A DNA stretch of 47,901 nt, counting the filler, from Dimargaris cristalligena (lineage: Eukaryota), in assembly GCA_003614675.1 (NCBI GenBank). It is 2 parts of 2 records of this genome, joined end to end, with 100 filler letters (N's around TTAATTAATTAA, not from the genome) between each part and the next. Parts side by side here need not be neighbours in the genome. Positions count along the whole stretch, not along the records: positions 24,018 to 47,901 come from ML002603.1; 1 more part is not named here. One strand, given 5' to 3'. The notes below the pieces were generated by a model. It was not told the DNA's origin. It was given only the letters and a program-made list of their open reading frames with translations, and searched no databases. Below are positions 34,418-46,791 of the stretch, one piece after another (the stretch's first letter is position 1; each line of letters opens with the position of its first letter). The translations under genes were made by a program, and so were the position numbers.

Positions 34418-36198
34418 GGGGTCCGGTCGAAGCAACGGGAAGGGGAATGGAACGTGGACTGGGTAACGAAAAAAGGAAAAGAGATAATAAAGGAGAGTGA
34501 GAGTGAGTGAAGGCGGATAGTTGAGTGGCAAAATGAGCAAGAGTCGGGAGAGAAGGAAATATCGCCAGGTAGCATATATAGATGACCAAAGAGCATGGGC
34601 GGCCAGTTTATATGCGCCGAATGTTTTGTTAACGGGGAAAACGAATATCGATTATTTTTTAATAAAAAATGCTATTGACGCTGGCGTAACCTATTGGCGG
34701 ATAAACTGTTGAATGACACCACAGAATGAAAGCGTGAACCACATAGACGAAGGCGGGTTGCTTCTATGTTGAAGAATAGGTAGAGTATTGAATTATGCCA
34801 AGCTGGGTAAAGCAAAGGAGATAAAATGGGGGCCACCTTTGCCCTTTCATGATACCCTTGGTAAGTAAGGGGAAGGTACTTTGGAATAAGCGGAGTATTC
34901 CAGCCTCACCCGCCTGTATTTTGTTCCTTGACTAGCCCAGATAGAGCGGACTTTGGTGTGGCTTGACTAGGTAAGCTGCCCCGCCTATGGGAGGAATACG
35001 GTTCTTCTATGAAAGGGAGGGTATAGATGAAGGAAAGCGAGAAAGAGAGGAAGGAGTATAGGTGAAAAAAATAGAGCAGAGCACTGTGGCAGGACAAACA
35101 GAATGATCTCGTCCAACGATAGCCATTTGCACCAATTGATGTAAAGATGCGAATAAATGGAGGTTGGTTGCTATTCCCTCCATGGTTAAGAGGAGAGAGA
35201 TACACTTGCTTCTCTCACCGCCATGTCAAATTCCTTCCACAGTGGATTACTTGCCGCGGAGGCGCCAATAAAGACTGCGAATACCAAACCTTCGGGGTCT
35301 ACCATTTCCACGGCCATTACCAATGTCGTTTATGTAGAGCATTGGTATTATTCACACTTGGCTTGGTCACGCGCTTTGGGAATGACTGGTCCATAGTGGG
35401 GCTTGATTCTAAAATAGACGATCAGAGGAACGAGCATCTTCCAAGCCGCCGATAATCAATTCCTCCCGAACCGTGCCATATCGGACACCGCTCTGGCTCT
35501 AATGAACTTGTATTAATGTAGCCCACCCCCCCTTCGAAGAAATGTCTAGTAAACCGATATGATTCCAACTGGAACGGTCCCTAAATCACCACAGCCACCA
35601 AAATGGAACTATTTATACATTTAAGCCGATGGATGGTGTCGCTATCCAGAAAAACGATAGACTACATGAAGGCCAACGGGCAACGGAAAATCCCAGCAGT
35701 CGTGAAGATGGAAACCATTTAACGACATCTTCAATTTAATCACTGGGCCCAGTCCAATTTAACCTAAAGGTGCCAAATTCGGTTGTGCGGCCAGGCCTGG
35801 CAAGTTAAGCACAAGGGCCCCGCTTATTTCACCATTTAGCCGCCATCTCAGATCACTAACGCCAAAGAGAGCCTTCTCGCCAACTCACCAATCCATTATA
35901 AACACACAGAGGTCGAGAGAATACTCACTGGAAATAGGTAGCCCGAATAGCACCGGGGATGGGATAATTGGTTTATCAAGTACAATTAAAAACTAAGTAT
36001 AAGGGAATTATGGTATATAAAAGCACAAGTGCGGGATGCTTGGACTAAGTAATAATAATAGGAGTGAAAAATAAAATTATTACTTTTTTTATATTTAAAA
36101 AACGAAGAAACGAAGTTGGGAAAACAGGCGAGCCCAAGCTAAATAATGGCTACTTTGCTCTACGGCCCTACTACATACCCGGTGTATTAAATATTAGG

Positions 36199-37521
36199 CT
36201 AGATCGGGTTGGACGGGCATACCAGCTCGGTGATCACATTGATTTTCGGATGAATCCCCAGCCACTTGATGGAATCGATATTAATCTCGGCAATAATGTT
36301 CAAATTCAGGTTGCCCGTTTTCGGCGATCCTTGCATGTCGTTAGCGGCACTGGGGATACACCGGGTGTAAAGGCTATTCAAAATCAAATTCGAGTTATTC
36401 GACGAATGGTACGATATGGCCAGCGTGCCATTGAAGTATGACGTAGTCTGGGCCCGCACGGGGAAATTGCGCACCGTCCCGTTACCGACCTTTTGTCCTG
36501 AATTGACATCGTAGCTCGTAAGGTTAATAAGGTTGACGTTAAGGGGGTAGAAGTTGGTACTTTTGGCCTGCATGGTGACATTGACCCGGAGGTCCAGGCC
36601 GTAGTCGTTGTTTTCGCGATCGTAAGTGACGCCCGGGCCTTGGATGACTTCAAGGAAGGCGACACCGATGGTCGGTACACGGGGAATGGCAAAGAATAGA
36701 ACGAGGAAAAGGACAACGCAGACGCCGAATACGGAACCGACGCAATAGCGTGGGGCACAACACATGAGCCGACGCAGGCCCTGGCGTTTGCGCTTAGACG
36801 GGGGCTCTTTGCCCCCCTTCTTGGAACTACCGTCGGCCACGCTGGCGGCCGCGTCCGTCCCGGCGATGGCTTCATCCTCGGCGTCCCCCCCTTCTTTCCC
36901 TTCCTTACCCGGTTCGGCGGTCATGGTTGTACCCAACGAAGTGTACTCGTCCGGTTCGGCCAGGTGCGAATATTGCGGATGATGGGGCATGAACCCCACG
37001 GCGCCGGGCGGTCCCATCATCACCATCCCACCGGACTGGTACGGATAGGGCATCATCGGACCTCCCCCGCCTACCATCGGTTGGGCGGGGAAATAACTAC
37101 CCTCCGGAGGGTAATGCGTCGTTGGCCGGGAGGGGCTGTCGGAGGGGGTGGTACCGAGGGCACCCGCGCCCAGCGAAGCAAAGTAGGAGTTACGGCCGTA
37201 CGGGGCCGCAGACTGACCACCGGCCGGCTGCGCGAAATTAGGGGCCGGCGGAGCGTAGCCGTAGGCCGCCATCGGAGTCGCTTGGTATGGTTGGGGTTGT
37301 TGCCCATAGGGAACCGAATAGCCCGCCAGGGCCGGGTCCGCGGCCCCCTGGCCGACCCCACCGCCGTAAGCGAGGGGACTGGTGCCCGGGGCAGGCGACG
37401 CTGAACCCTTCTTGGCTTGCATCTCGTAGTATGAGCCCCGAGGGACCCCACCCGCGTTAAACGTTGGGGCATCGAATTCGGAACCTTCGGGGGTGCTACC
37501 GCTTTTGCTGTAGTGGGCCAT
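36199..37521 (-). CDS. Type II membrane protein: Pro/Tyr/Gly-rich N-terminus, one TM, LEA_2-like beta domain
   Basis: ATG at 37521 (MAHYSKSG). TM segment CVGSVFGVCVVLFLVLFFAI followed by PRVPTI, STNFYPLNV and VGNG, typical of fungal LEA_2-like membrane proteins. Confidence 0.7.
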   Translation of the reverse strand: MAHYSKSGSTPEGSEFDAPTFNAGGVPRGSYYEMQAKKGSASPAPGTSPLAYGGGVGQGAADPALAGYSVPYGQQPQPYQATPMAAYGYAPPAPNFAQPAGGQSAAPYGRNSYFASLGAGALGTTPSDSPSRPTTHYPPEGSYFPAQPMVGGGGPMMPYPYQSGGMVMMGPPGAVGFMPHHPQYSHLAEPDEYTSLGTTMTAEPGKEGKEGGDAEDEAIAGTDAAASVADGSSKKGGKEPPSKRKRQGLRRLMCCAPRYCVGSVFGVCVVLFLVLFFAIPRVPTIGVAFLEVIQGPGVTYDRENNDYGLDLRVNVTMQAKSTNFYPLNVNLINLTSYDVNSGQKVGNGTVRNFPVRAQTTSYFNGTLAISYHSSNNSNLILNSLYTRCIPSAANDMQGSPKTGNLNLNIIAEINIDSIKWLGIHPKINVITELVCPSNPI

Positions 37522-37534
37522 GGTGAATGGACAA

Positions 37535-37567
37535 GCGCGCGCGCGTGTGTGTGTGTGTGTGTGTGTG
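37535..37567. repeat. (GC)5(GT)11 alternating purine-pyrimidine tract
   Basis: Read directly; lies 13 nt upstream of the ATG at 37521. Confidence 0.9.
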
Positions 37568-38544
37568 GGAGAGTATGTATGGGTGTGCGAGGATGGAGAA
37601 GGGTGGTTTAAACGAACAAGTAAGACGTTGGCTGGGGAACAATATGGGGTTGTATGAAGCAAATAGACGTTATGAAGCAAACGAGGTCGTGCGCATTTCA
37701 ACGAAGTGGAGCAAAAAACAATAGATAAATAGTATAGAGAGGATCGAGAAGGGATGAACAATGCTAAGGGAGCAAAGATGCCTATTGTTGGGGGTTGAGG
37801 ATAAGCGAGAAGCGAATCGAGGAATAGGGCCTGAATAATTAAAGAACGTTAAAAGGGAAAGTTTATAATGGAGTCTGAGTTGAGAATTAGCTGCCGAATG
37901 AACTCCGTCGGCCTGACTATGTATATCAAAGGTAGGCCAAAGAGTGGTGCGAGATTTGTGAGAGCCTTGGTACAGGGCACTTTTGAAATTAAACCCAACA
38001 GTGAATACCGGCTGCCGAAAAAGACAAGCGAGGGCAGGGGGAGTGCGCAAAAATACCTTCCATACGGCTATTGTTCTTAGCAGCCATACAAGCGGACCGG
38101 AAGAGTACTAAAAATAGCCGATTTTCTTAACTGTTGATTGGGCCCTTGTAATCGCAAAGCTGGGTTCAAATAGTCTAAAACAGAGCCCCTCTAGACTCAA
38201 GATTGGGCTGAAGACACTTCGGTATTTGGTAAATGCAAAGCTTCTCTGACTTTTCTAAACAGCCATTATCACAAATTTCTGAGTGTAGTTCCAGCAACAT
38301 CTCTAGCACAATGCCTTAAAAAAATATGATTGGCTCGGTAAGAGGACCTTCGTTGGATTGTCAAAATAGCCTGGCCAAAATTGAGACCTCTTGGAAAATA
38401 CACCTGCGCTTTACGTAGACTGCATGTAACATCCCCTTTTGGCCTCGCATCTCTTCAGGAACGACCAAAGTATATAAAAGAACAGTTAAAGTAAAAAGGT
38501 GGATACTGGGTAATGGGCAAAATTACTAAAATTCAAAAAAGAAG

Positions 38545-38616
38545 AGGACCCACCCGGAATTGAACCGGGGACCTATTGATCTGCAGTCAATTGCTCTACC
38601 GCTGAGCTATAAGTCC
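38545..38616 (-). tRNA. tRNA-Cys (GCA), intronless
   Basis: GGACTTATAGCTCAGCGGTAGAGCAATTGACTGCAGATCAATAGGTCCCCGGTTCAATTCCGGGTGGGTCCT folds as a cloverleaf with anticodon GCA and U73 discriminator. A T6 Pol III terminator follows at 38540-38535. Confidence 0.97.
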
Positions 38617-40337
38617 TACTCGATAAAATATTTGGTTTTTAACACTTATATAAATAATGTAACATGCTACCAAAATTTGAAGAAACTTGCTGCAATTTGC
38701 CCCTGTTGCCAGAATTTAGGGGTAGCCTGGCCTGTCAATTGTACCGCTGTATTGAAAAAATACCAATTACAGCACTTTCCTGAATTAATATTATGATCAA
38801 CTTTACTTTATTACTAGTTGATAGTCTCAGCTGTCTTTGGTATAATTTTTGTACACATACATGTAATATTCCTTGAGATCCCATGGGGGTGTATACTTTT
38901 AAATGGTGAAACTTAGGCATGTTGCCTCTGTAGTATGTGGGTTGGGCAGAGCCAAAAACTGGAGGAACAGGCACCCCTTTGTGTACCGGCAAGATTATTT
39001 TCCTTATTCCTTCAATATCATGGTAACAGTATGCCTTTTGATAGACAATTATCTACAGGGCGTTAATCTCATTCAAATTAATCTCCAACACCCCATTATT
39101 ACCAATACCAGTATGTGTCATCTACCAACTGTGCATTTGGTTCTTGTAGTTGTAGAGTCGACCCTTCCAAACCAGCAGCCCACTACAGACATTTAGCCAT
39201 TCCCAGGCGGCTCGATGAAAGCGATGGATTATTACAATTTAAAAGTGTCGTGCTTAGTCAAAAACCTAATTATAATGTTCGCCGAGTCGGACACATATCT
39301 ACATTTAAGCTACGCGTATCCAACCGTAGTAGGAATGGTAGCATTACAGCTCTAGCGCAGTAGCCACTCTCTTACGCTGCCGTCTACCTTATAATATTAT
39401 TTATTAATATATGTTCGAAATACGGACCGGCTGTATGAGGTTTTAAATGATACGTGGATAGGAAGATAGGCGGGGAGATTCGATTTTTTAACTAGTTGCA
39501 TTTGCCTCATTCAACGGACCTTTCACTATACAGCCTGGCCGAACCTTTCCCATATATGAAGTCCCGTTGGAATGAACTGAGCTATAACGCTTTAGAGCAG
39601 CTTATTGGCTAGATACTATGATTCCGAAGCGCACCAGACCTTCCATGTATTTTTTAGAACCGTCCCTTTATTCCCCCCACTTCGTCCTGTCCCAAGTGCT
39701 GGTATTGTAACGGACTACTCGACCAATGTAGTGGCTGGTATAACCCGCAGCTGGACAAGAGGATTTACGCTCGTTGAGTTATCAAAATCAACAGCTCCCG
39801 CTGTCACCTTTAGTCTGAAGAAGGATTTCTTGTTGTTTTTTTAAATAAAAAAACAACAACTAGTACCATATTCCCCCCGCACGGGCAATTGTGGACAGTG
39901 TTCCTTCAAGGACTTTGTGCGCATATTGGACTACACATAAACAAGTACGTTGTGCAGCTCTTGTTTCTCATCTCTGCATAAATTGCTCCCAAGGAGTACG
40001 GCCAACTAGCAGTTAACATAGTCTTCATTATTTTATTACGTTGATGAGATGATGCGCAAATGCGGACATTAAGGAGGGGGAATCGCTGTACAAGGGGTGT
40101 ATAGCGAGCCCAGGGGCAGCCGACAATCACAGTGGAGTACCGAAACGAAAATAAGATGATACATTCCCAACTACGGCAGCCCAGAAAATACCGATTCTCC
40201 AATTCAACTGGTAGTGTTTTTAGCCAGAGAAAGGGTTGGTTTTTTGCTTTTCCTATGAATCGATAAAAATAACATTATCAGGAGAGTAGTAGCAACGCAC
40301 GTAAAGGGACGGGGGTTGAGAGCCGCAGCCTCTTCGC

Positions 40338-41387
40338 CTAGCACTTGTAGAAATCGCCGTCAATCTTGAATTTACGACGGTCCTCGTAGGTAAGGCCCCA
40401 GTTGGCCTCAACATCGACGCCGTTCTCATTATGCTTCCAGGGTTCATCGAAGCTAGCGAACCAGTAGTAGTCAATCTGGCGCTTATGGGCTTCGCACACG
40501 AATTCCTGGATGTAGCGTTTGTTGTTTTCTAGGGAAGGGATGGCCACATTTTCGTAGGGTTTACCAGCCGTGGGCCACCCGGTTTCGCCAATGACGACGC
40601 GCTTATCCTTGGCAATTCCCTTGACCTGTTCGTAGTGCTCGAAGAACACCTGCTTGGCCTCGTCGATGGTCTTGCCTTCCCAGAAGGGGAAAGCGTTCAT
40701 GGTCACGTAGTCAACGGCGGCCGCGACGTCGGGCAAGACCCAGTCATAGGTTTCGGCGGTGGTGACGGGAATGACACCGTCCAGCTGGTGGGTGCTGAGC
40801 ACGTTCCGGCAGTCCTTGATGTAGGCAATCAACTGGGGCTCGGTTACGTCCTTACGGTAAAGGGATTCGCTACCAATGAGTACCGCGGAGGCGGACTGCT
40901 TAATTTCGCTGGGGTAGGTCGTAATCAACCGGGAGAGTTCGGCCAATTCGGCCTTGACCGCACCATCGTCCTTACCCACCCACATACCCAAAATCACCTT
41001 GTAGTCGGTGCCGCGCAGGGCCTGGAGGATGAGTTCGCCCTGGTTACATTCGAGCAGACTGTAGATACGGAAATTTTTGGAGACGTTGGTACCGAGGAAG
41101 TTGAGGTCGTCCTTGATTTCCTGGAGCGAAGGGCAGGCACCGTCGGCACGCTTGCCGTTAAAGCTCACACCGTAGAGCGAGCGACCGCTGGACGGGAATG
41201 AAAAGGTGGAGCCGTTCGAGCCGGAAATGGCGGAGTTGTCATTGACGGCGGGGACGTTGGTATTGTCGCCACTGAGGTTGGCGGGGGTAGTGGAGACCAG
41301 TGCCCGGGGGCGACACTTACGGCCTTCGGAGGTTAGAGCCAGGGCGGCAAGGCCAGTAACGAACAGAGCAAGGGACGAAACTCGCAT
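40338..41387 (-). CDS. Secreted glycoside hydrolase family 17 beta-1,3-glucanase/transglucosylase (Bgl2-like)
   Basis: Signal peptide, acid/base motif IGSESLYRKD, MNAFPFWEG, nucleophile motif IGETGWPT and YYWFASFDEPWK...VEANWGL. Confidence 0.93.
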   Translation of the reverse strand: MRVSSLALFVTGLAALALTSEGRKCRPRALVSTTPANLSGDNTNVPAVNDNSAISGSNGSTFSFPSSGRSLYGVSFNGKRADGACPSLQEIKDDLNFLGTNVSKNFRIYSLLECNQGELILQALRGTDYKVILGMWVGKDDGAVKAELAELSRLITTYPSEIKQSASAVLIGSESLYRKDVTEPQLIAYIKDCRNVLSTHQLDGVIPVTTAETYDWVLPDVAAAVDYVTMNAFPFWEGKTIDEAKQVFFEHYEQVKGIAKDKRVVIGETGWPTAGKPYENVAIPSLENNKRYIQEFVCEAHKRQIDYYWFASFDEPWKHNENGVDVEANWGLTYEDRRKFKIDGDFYKC

Positions 41388-44300
41388 GGTGAAGGAGGAA
41401 TAAGGTGTGTGGTGGGGAGGAGTAGTGTAATAAACGAAGGGGATGGCTAAGTTTGGGGTTGGTGATACAATAGTTGCAAGATAAAACTGTACTGCCGAAT
41501 AAAGAGTAATGAAAATACGTTGGTTAAATTAAAGGTCGGAACAGATATTATATGAAGGTATATTTTTTAAATAACCGGCAATAGTGACCAGACTACAAGT
41601 AATCGGATGGAGTAATGTAATGGGTGGGAGTGGGGTAGTGCAGGGTGAGTTGGTCAACAAAACAACTGCGTATTCGACGGATAGAGAGGATAGAGATATA
41701 TATGAGTAATAGAGCTGAGTTAATGAAGAACTAGCCGGTTGAAATCAATCTGACAATGAATAGCATCTGATGGGAGAAGGGGGAGGGTATATATATATAT
41801 ATATATAAACAATGGACCCATATTAAGTATTAGGATAGGGGGCCACAGGCTATCCAATTAGAATTACAGTGTAAGGAAAAGAACAATAGACCCATAGGAG
41901 AGGAGGGGGGAGTAGGTGTGGATGAAGGGAAGGGGATGAACATGCAGCGAGGGAGATGGAAAAGGTAGGAGAGAGGGGGAGAGGAATGAGAGAGAGGCTC
42001 TTCTACTGGACTGTGGCTTATTCACCAAGCGGGATAAACTAGGGGGGAAAGGGGGCTGCTTCTCTAATTCATACGATACAGCGCAGGCCGCGCTCAATGG
42101 AGCCGATCGGGACTTTCCATTGGGCATTGGGGAGTACCCGGCCTATCCCCCGCTTCGTCTCAACGAAGAGAAACCCCCATTATAGAGCAGTTTTGGCTGG
42201 GCTGAAAGGGAAGAGGGAAAAGGGCTTTAGCGAACCGTAGTAGTAGGACAAATCGAAGGTAAACGGCGACTAGTGTAGCGCCGATATATGGGTACGACGG
42301 GAAGGAAAGGAGGGACGATATTAGGGGAGGAGAGGGTCCACTGTTCTAGATCTAAAATTAGCCATGCCGCATTACCAACCGCCTCGAACTGGGGGGGAAT
42401 TGGCCGGTGGTGGTTTTCGTCATGCAGCGAACTAGTGGTTGGTCATCACCACCACCGGTTAAATGGGGCGAGTCGGCGTGGTCTATAGCGACAACTGCCC
42501 AATATCTCGGCATAATAGCCAAGGCTGGGGGGATATAGTATCAGAGACTGGTCACCACTATTGCCGAAGAATAGAGGAGGCGTAAATGGATTGTAGATAG
42601 AGAGGGCCTTGACCTAATAACCTAGGAACGGCCAGTAGCGGGCGGAGGGGGGTGGTGTGGGTAAATCTTATCGATTGGCCGATTTCCCTCACTGGGTAGA
42701 GCTGGTCTTGTCGACTTATTGGCGGGTACAACTGCCCAATCCTTTTACCTGTGCACTGAACAATCGAAAGTGTGACTATGTAACTACCCAGAAAGACTGG
42801 ATGAGAGGGAGAGACAATGGCTATGGACAGCTTCTACGTACACATAGCTCCCACCATTTTAATATAGGCCTCGGATTGGTGGAATAGTCGGTTTTATCAT
42901 CCGATACAACGGTCTACTATCATTGTTGGAAAAGACTACTACGTTATACTAATATCCCTCCGCCCGAAGGTGAGGTGGGAGTTGGTGGCTAGTATAGAGC
43001 TGAAATGGCTTTTTAAAAAAGAAACGCAAACAACTGTCCGACGCTGACGCAAGCCACTGCCAACATTGGGGTAACCTGGACCACCACCAGCCCCCCGTCC
43101 AACGGATTCGTCGGCAAATTGGTTTAATAATGTATTGTTGGTCTGATAGTATGTTGAAGTGGAAGAAACAGAAGGGGGGGGAGTGGTAGTATATACCCAT
43201 GTAATAAGCTATAGAGGGACATGTACGGAGTGGGGTTGTGTATATAGGTATTTAACACTAACGCAGAAGGGGTGGGTGGAGACACGCGTCGCTTGCCTCT
43301 TTCCCCGGGTCAGTGAGACGGAGGAGCCTAGGATTGACAGACCTGCTAGAGCTTGAATGAGTCCGCGAAATAGATGTGCATTCCAAATGGAGTGGGGTCA
43401 GTCCGTCACAATAACATGCGGAAAATACATGCCTTCATAGTGTATCTGGTCTCGAAAATGCACCAGGAACATCCTCCACCCATGGTTAGAGTAGTGAATA
43501 AGGGTGAGGTTCTCTACTCTTCAATTGGTATATAGCACTTTGTCAACTCGCTCTATACGCGCCTCCAGGCTGGTGCTTTCAACACCACTAACCTGACTTT
43601 CCACCCATATCTTGTAGGGTTATACATTGAGTGCACAGAGTCGGCACTAATTGCCTGTGATGAAAATCAAATAGAACTGACTAATTTAGGTCAAACTACC
43701 GAATGCCCCCAACGACCCCGCCCGCTGTCGGCACAGCCTTGTTAGATTGATTGTTTACATTATGGGCCAAGTTGGAGGGAAGAAAAGGGTGCTCCGATGA
43801 AATAGGCGATGTCATTCCTATTTTGTTCAGCTCGTTAATGTAATTCTCCTATAATTAGTGTCCGCTTTGATACAGGGGGTCTCATCCGGAGAATTATTTG
43901 TAAGATCCATCCTTGCTTCCCTTGGGTTCCTCCCACCATATTTGGATCAACAGAAGATTTCTAAGAAAATGAAAGCAGGTGGGCGAGGGGCGGAAAGTTA
44001 GGCTACCCATAAATTAGTTGTTGACATCCAACAGTGAAGCAAATAGCAGGGGAAAGTGGAGGATGGGATATGGGTAGAAGGAGAGAGAAAGAGAGGGGCT
44101 TGTCACATAGCGAGCCTTCTCTTAATTTAGAATGGCCAGTGAATGTGATGACAAATAGAGGGGTCTTTCAAACACACTGAGAGGGAGGGATAAACATAAC
44201 TTCGGCCCATCCAGTCGACCTAAAGGCCAAGTAAAGCTGTAATCAGTGAACTAATAATAACCCTCGATTACGGCACAAGAAAGGGATATGGAAAATAGAG

Positions 44301-45264
44301 AGCGAAATAAACCCGAAAACTTGTCGGCATTGCGTTGAAATACCGAAAAGCACAGGTGGAAATGGTTCTACTGGGCGAGAAACAGAGCTGAGTAGCCAGT
44401 TCCAGACGATAGGAAGTACTCAGCTTTTAAAAATAAAATATCTGGCTGGCAATCTTACGCACTCAGTAGACGAATAAATGTTATTTAGTGCTGGAAAGTG
44501 ATGCATAGGGGAGGGGGGCAGCCTGCCAAACCCCAAAATAACCCAATCAGTCAACCTAGGTAGTCGGTTTCATGGCTACTGAGTAATATGACTTCTCAAA
44601 ATAGTGCACTGCCTAATTAATAACTGTGGATTAAAAATAGGTTTTTTGTGGACTAAACTATTTAATGATGCCTATAGCCATTCTATTGACCATATCTGGT
44701 GGACTGTGGGCCTCTCAATACTGCCCGTTTTATATATATCCTTAAATATACGATAAGAGAGGACATAGTTGTCTGGGGTTGAACTATATTATTAGTGGGC
44801 ATAAAAAACCACACCCTATTTTTCCACTAATACTCCATTGAAAGCCCAATATGTACTGGCATCAGGAGCTGCTGATCCACCACTGGGACTCAGAATGTGA
44901 GTGGGCATGCCCTGCTCAGGTGCAAAGCATTGGGGTGTAGTTGGTGGCATGTCTGGGCTGGATGAAGGTGGAATGCTAGGCCTGGAGGAATGTGTTGGAA
45001 GATGAGACATTGAAAAAAAATGATCAATATTTGTGGATACCAAAGAAAATGGGTTGGTTTTTATTAAAACTGGTTGTAGTTGTGAAAGAATAGAAGTTAT
45101 GAACAATATATTTATTGCTTTCCTTACAGGAAGAGGGCTTCCTGAATTAAGGATGCACAATAATTAGTTTAAATATTACAATTATCATTATACAAGTTTG
45201 AATATCATCATAAAGTCAGCACAGCACATGGCCATTGTTATGAATGTAAAATCATTAATCAGGT

Positions 45265-45845
45265 TATCACCTGGGTTAACCACTCTTAGTCCATTAAGAG
45301 TCTTGGGGATAGGCTTCTAACAGTAGGTGGGGTTTAGACTTGGCCAAGCAGGCTACTAGTGTTAGGATGGGGCACTATACTAACCAATAAAGGATAAGTA
45401 TAGGTATATGCAAGGGATGTGCAGCAGGCACACTTACTAGTTAGTACAAGGGGGTGAGTATATATAGAGTTTATTGAGGTAAACTGGGGGATATAAATAA
45501 GCTAAGGAATCAAACTGGTCCACAATGGGGCCCAGTTATATATACATGGGGATAGCTCCAGAGGGAGGTCCCAAGGGGAGATACTACTAAACTACAGTAT
45601 AGACCAACCAGATAGGCTTTGTATCAGGAAGACTCTCATGGGAACCAGAAGAGGCTTTGGATCAACAGGTTGAGTAATTTGTGCAAAGTATTGGGGCCGG
45701 AAGGGGAAGGGTTATATAATAAATGATGATCCCATAGTACCAGGGGTGACTATGGAAGGGTTAATATAGCACTATAAGGCCTAATAAGGGTGGACAATTG
45801 TTAAGTCCAGATTTAGGTTAGATTAGGAGGGCTGATATGGGTATA
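45265..45845 (-). mobile_element. Solo-LTR-like repeat, copy C (degenerate)
   Basis: Reverse complement aligns with 361-940 throughout. TATATAACCC (45718-45709), AATAAA (45475-45470) and 3' end CCCAGGTGATA, which is GTGACA in copy A. Confidence 0.7.
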
Positions 45846-46791
45846 AGTATCCCAAAAGACATGAATACATTCTCATAAAATTCATTATAATGTATGGTCA
45901 TGTTCTGAAAATAAATAGCACAAATTGGGTGTTGACTTCCCAAAAGGTATGGAAAATAATCACATTAAAGTTGTCATCAGATAAAAACAGTTGTAAGCAT
46001 CAAAATAATCAATGATTGTTAAGTTGTTATAAGAATCAGTGGGTAAATTGATAGCCAGATACTGAAGGCTGATAGCCAATGTTCTCACGGCACTATAAAT
46101 AGATACATTATGCCTTTTTATATACACTCTACTACCCAGACCTAACTGGCTATAATATTGGAGTCTACATATACCTGCATCATTATATATAGTCATGGTG
46201 ATGGCTTTCTTACTTTTGATACTCCTCTAGTGGAAGTTTAAAATGTCATTAAAGGTGATTCTCATTGCAACTTTGCATAAGTAGGCATATTTTTCATCAT
46301 ATGTGTACAGCCATATTAAAAAATAGACCTAATAAATAATAGTTAGTATTGGCCAGTTTTTGAAAATGGGACTGAATGGGGTGTATGAATCATGGTCGCA
46401 GCATCAACTCATCGTTAAAGTCTACTCGAATTGTGGTATATAGCCCAGATGTCCCCTATATTTAAGTGTGCCCACTGGGCTGCCCCCACTTATCTGTTGG
46501 TCCTAATCAATTCCAGCATTAAATATTCTTACCACCTAAATTCTAGTATATTTATATGGTATATCAATAGAAATCAGGTAACTTCATTTTTTTGGGAAGG
46601 TAGTAAAATAGGACACGTGGAGCATTGTAGATGGTTTGATGATAATAGGGCTGATAGGAAGAATAGCCAAAAATTATTAAAGCAGGGCGAAATATGTCTA
46701 GAATGGTTGAGTCAGGTATTTCAATGTGTGGGGAGAGGGTTAAGTGGTGGTTGATGGCTAAATTCGTAAACAGTATAGTAGGGCCCCAGTT

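Noticed and set aside
38545..38616. Unusual or recoding tRNA
   Set aside because: Two U-G pairs in the acceptor stem, but standard GCA anticodon, U73 and length; an ordinary tRNA-Cys.
45620..45700. SWEPEEAL (chromodomain-like) and RRGFGSTG (dUTPase motif V-like) in plus frames of LTR copy C
   Set aside because: Neither motif is kept in copies A or B, both are surrounded by stops, and the repeat has TATA/poly(A) organisation on the opposite strand.
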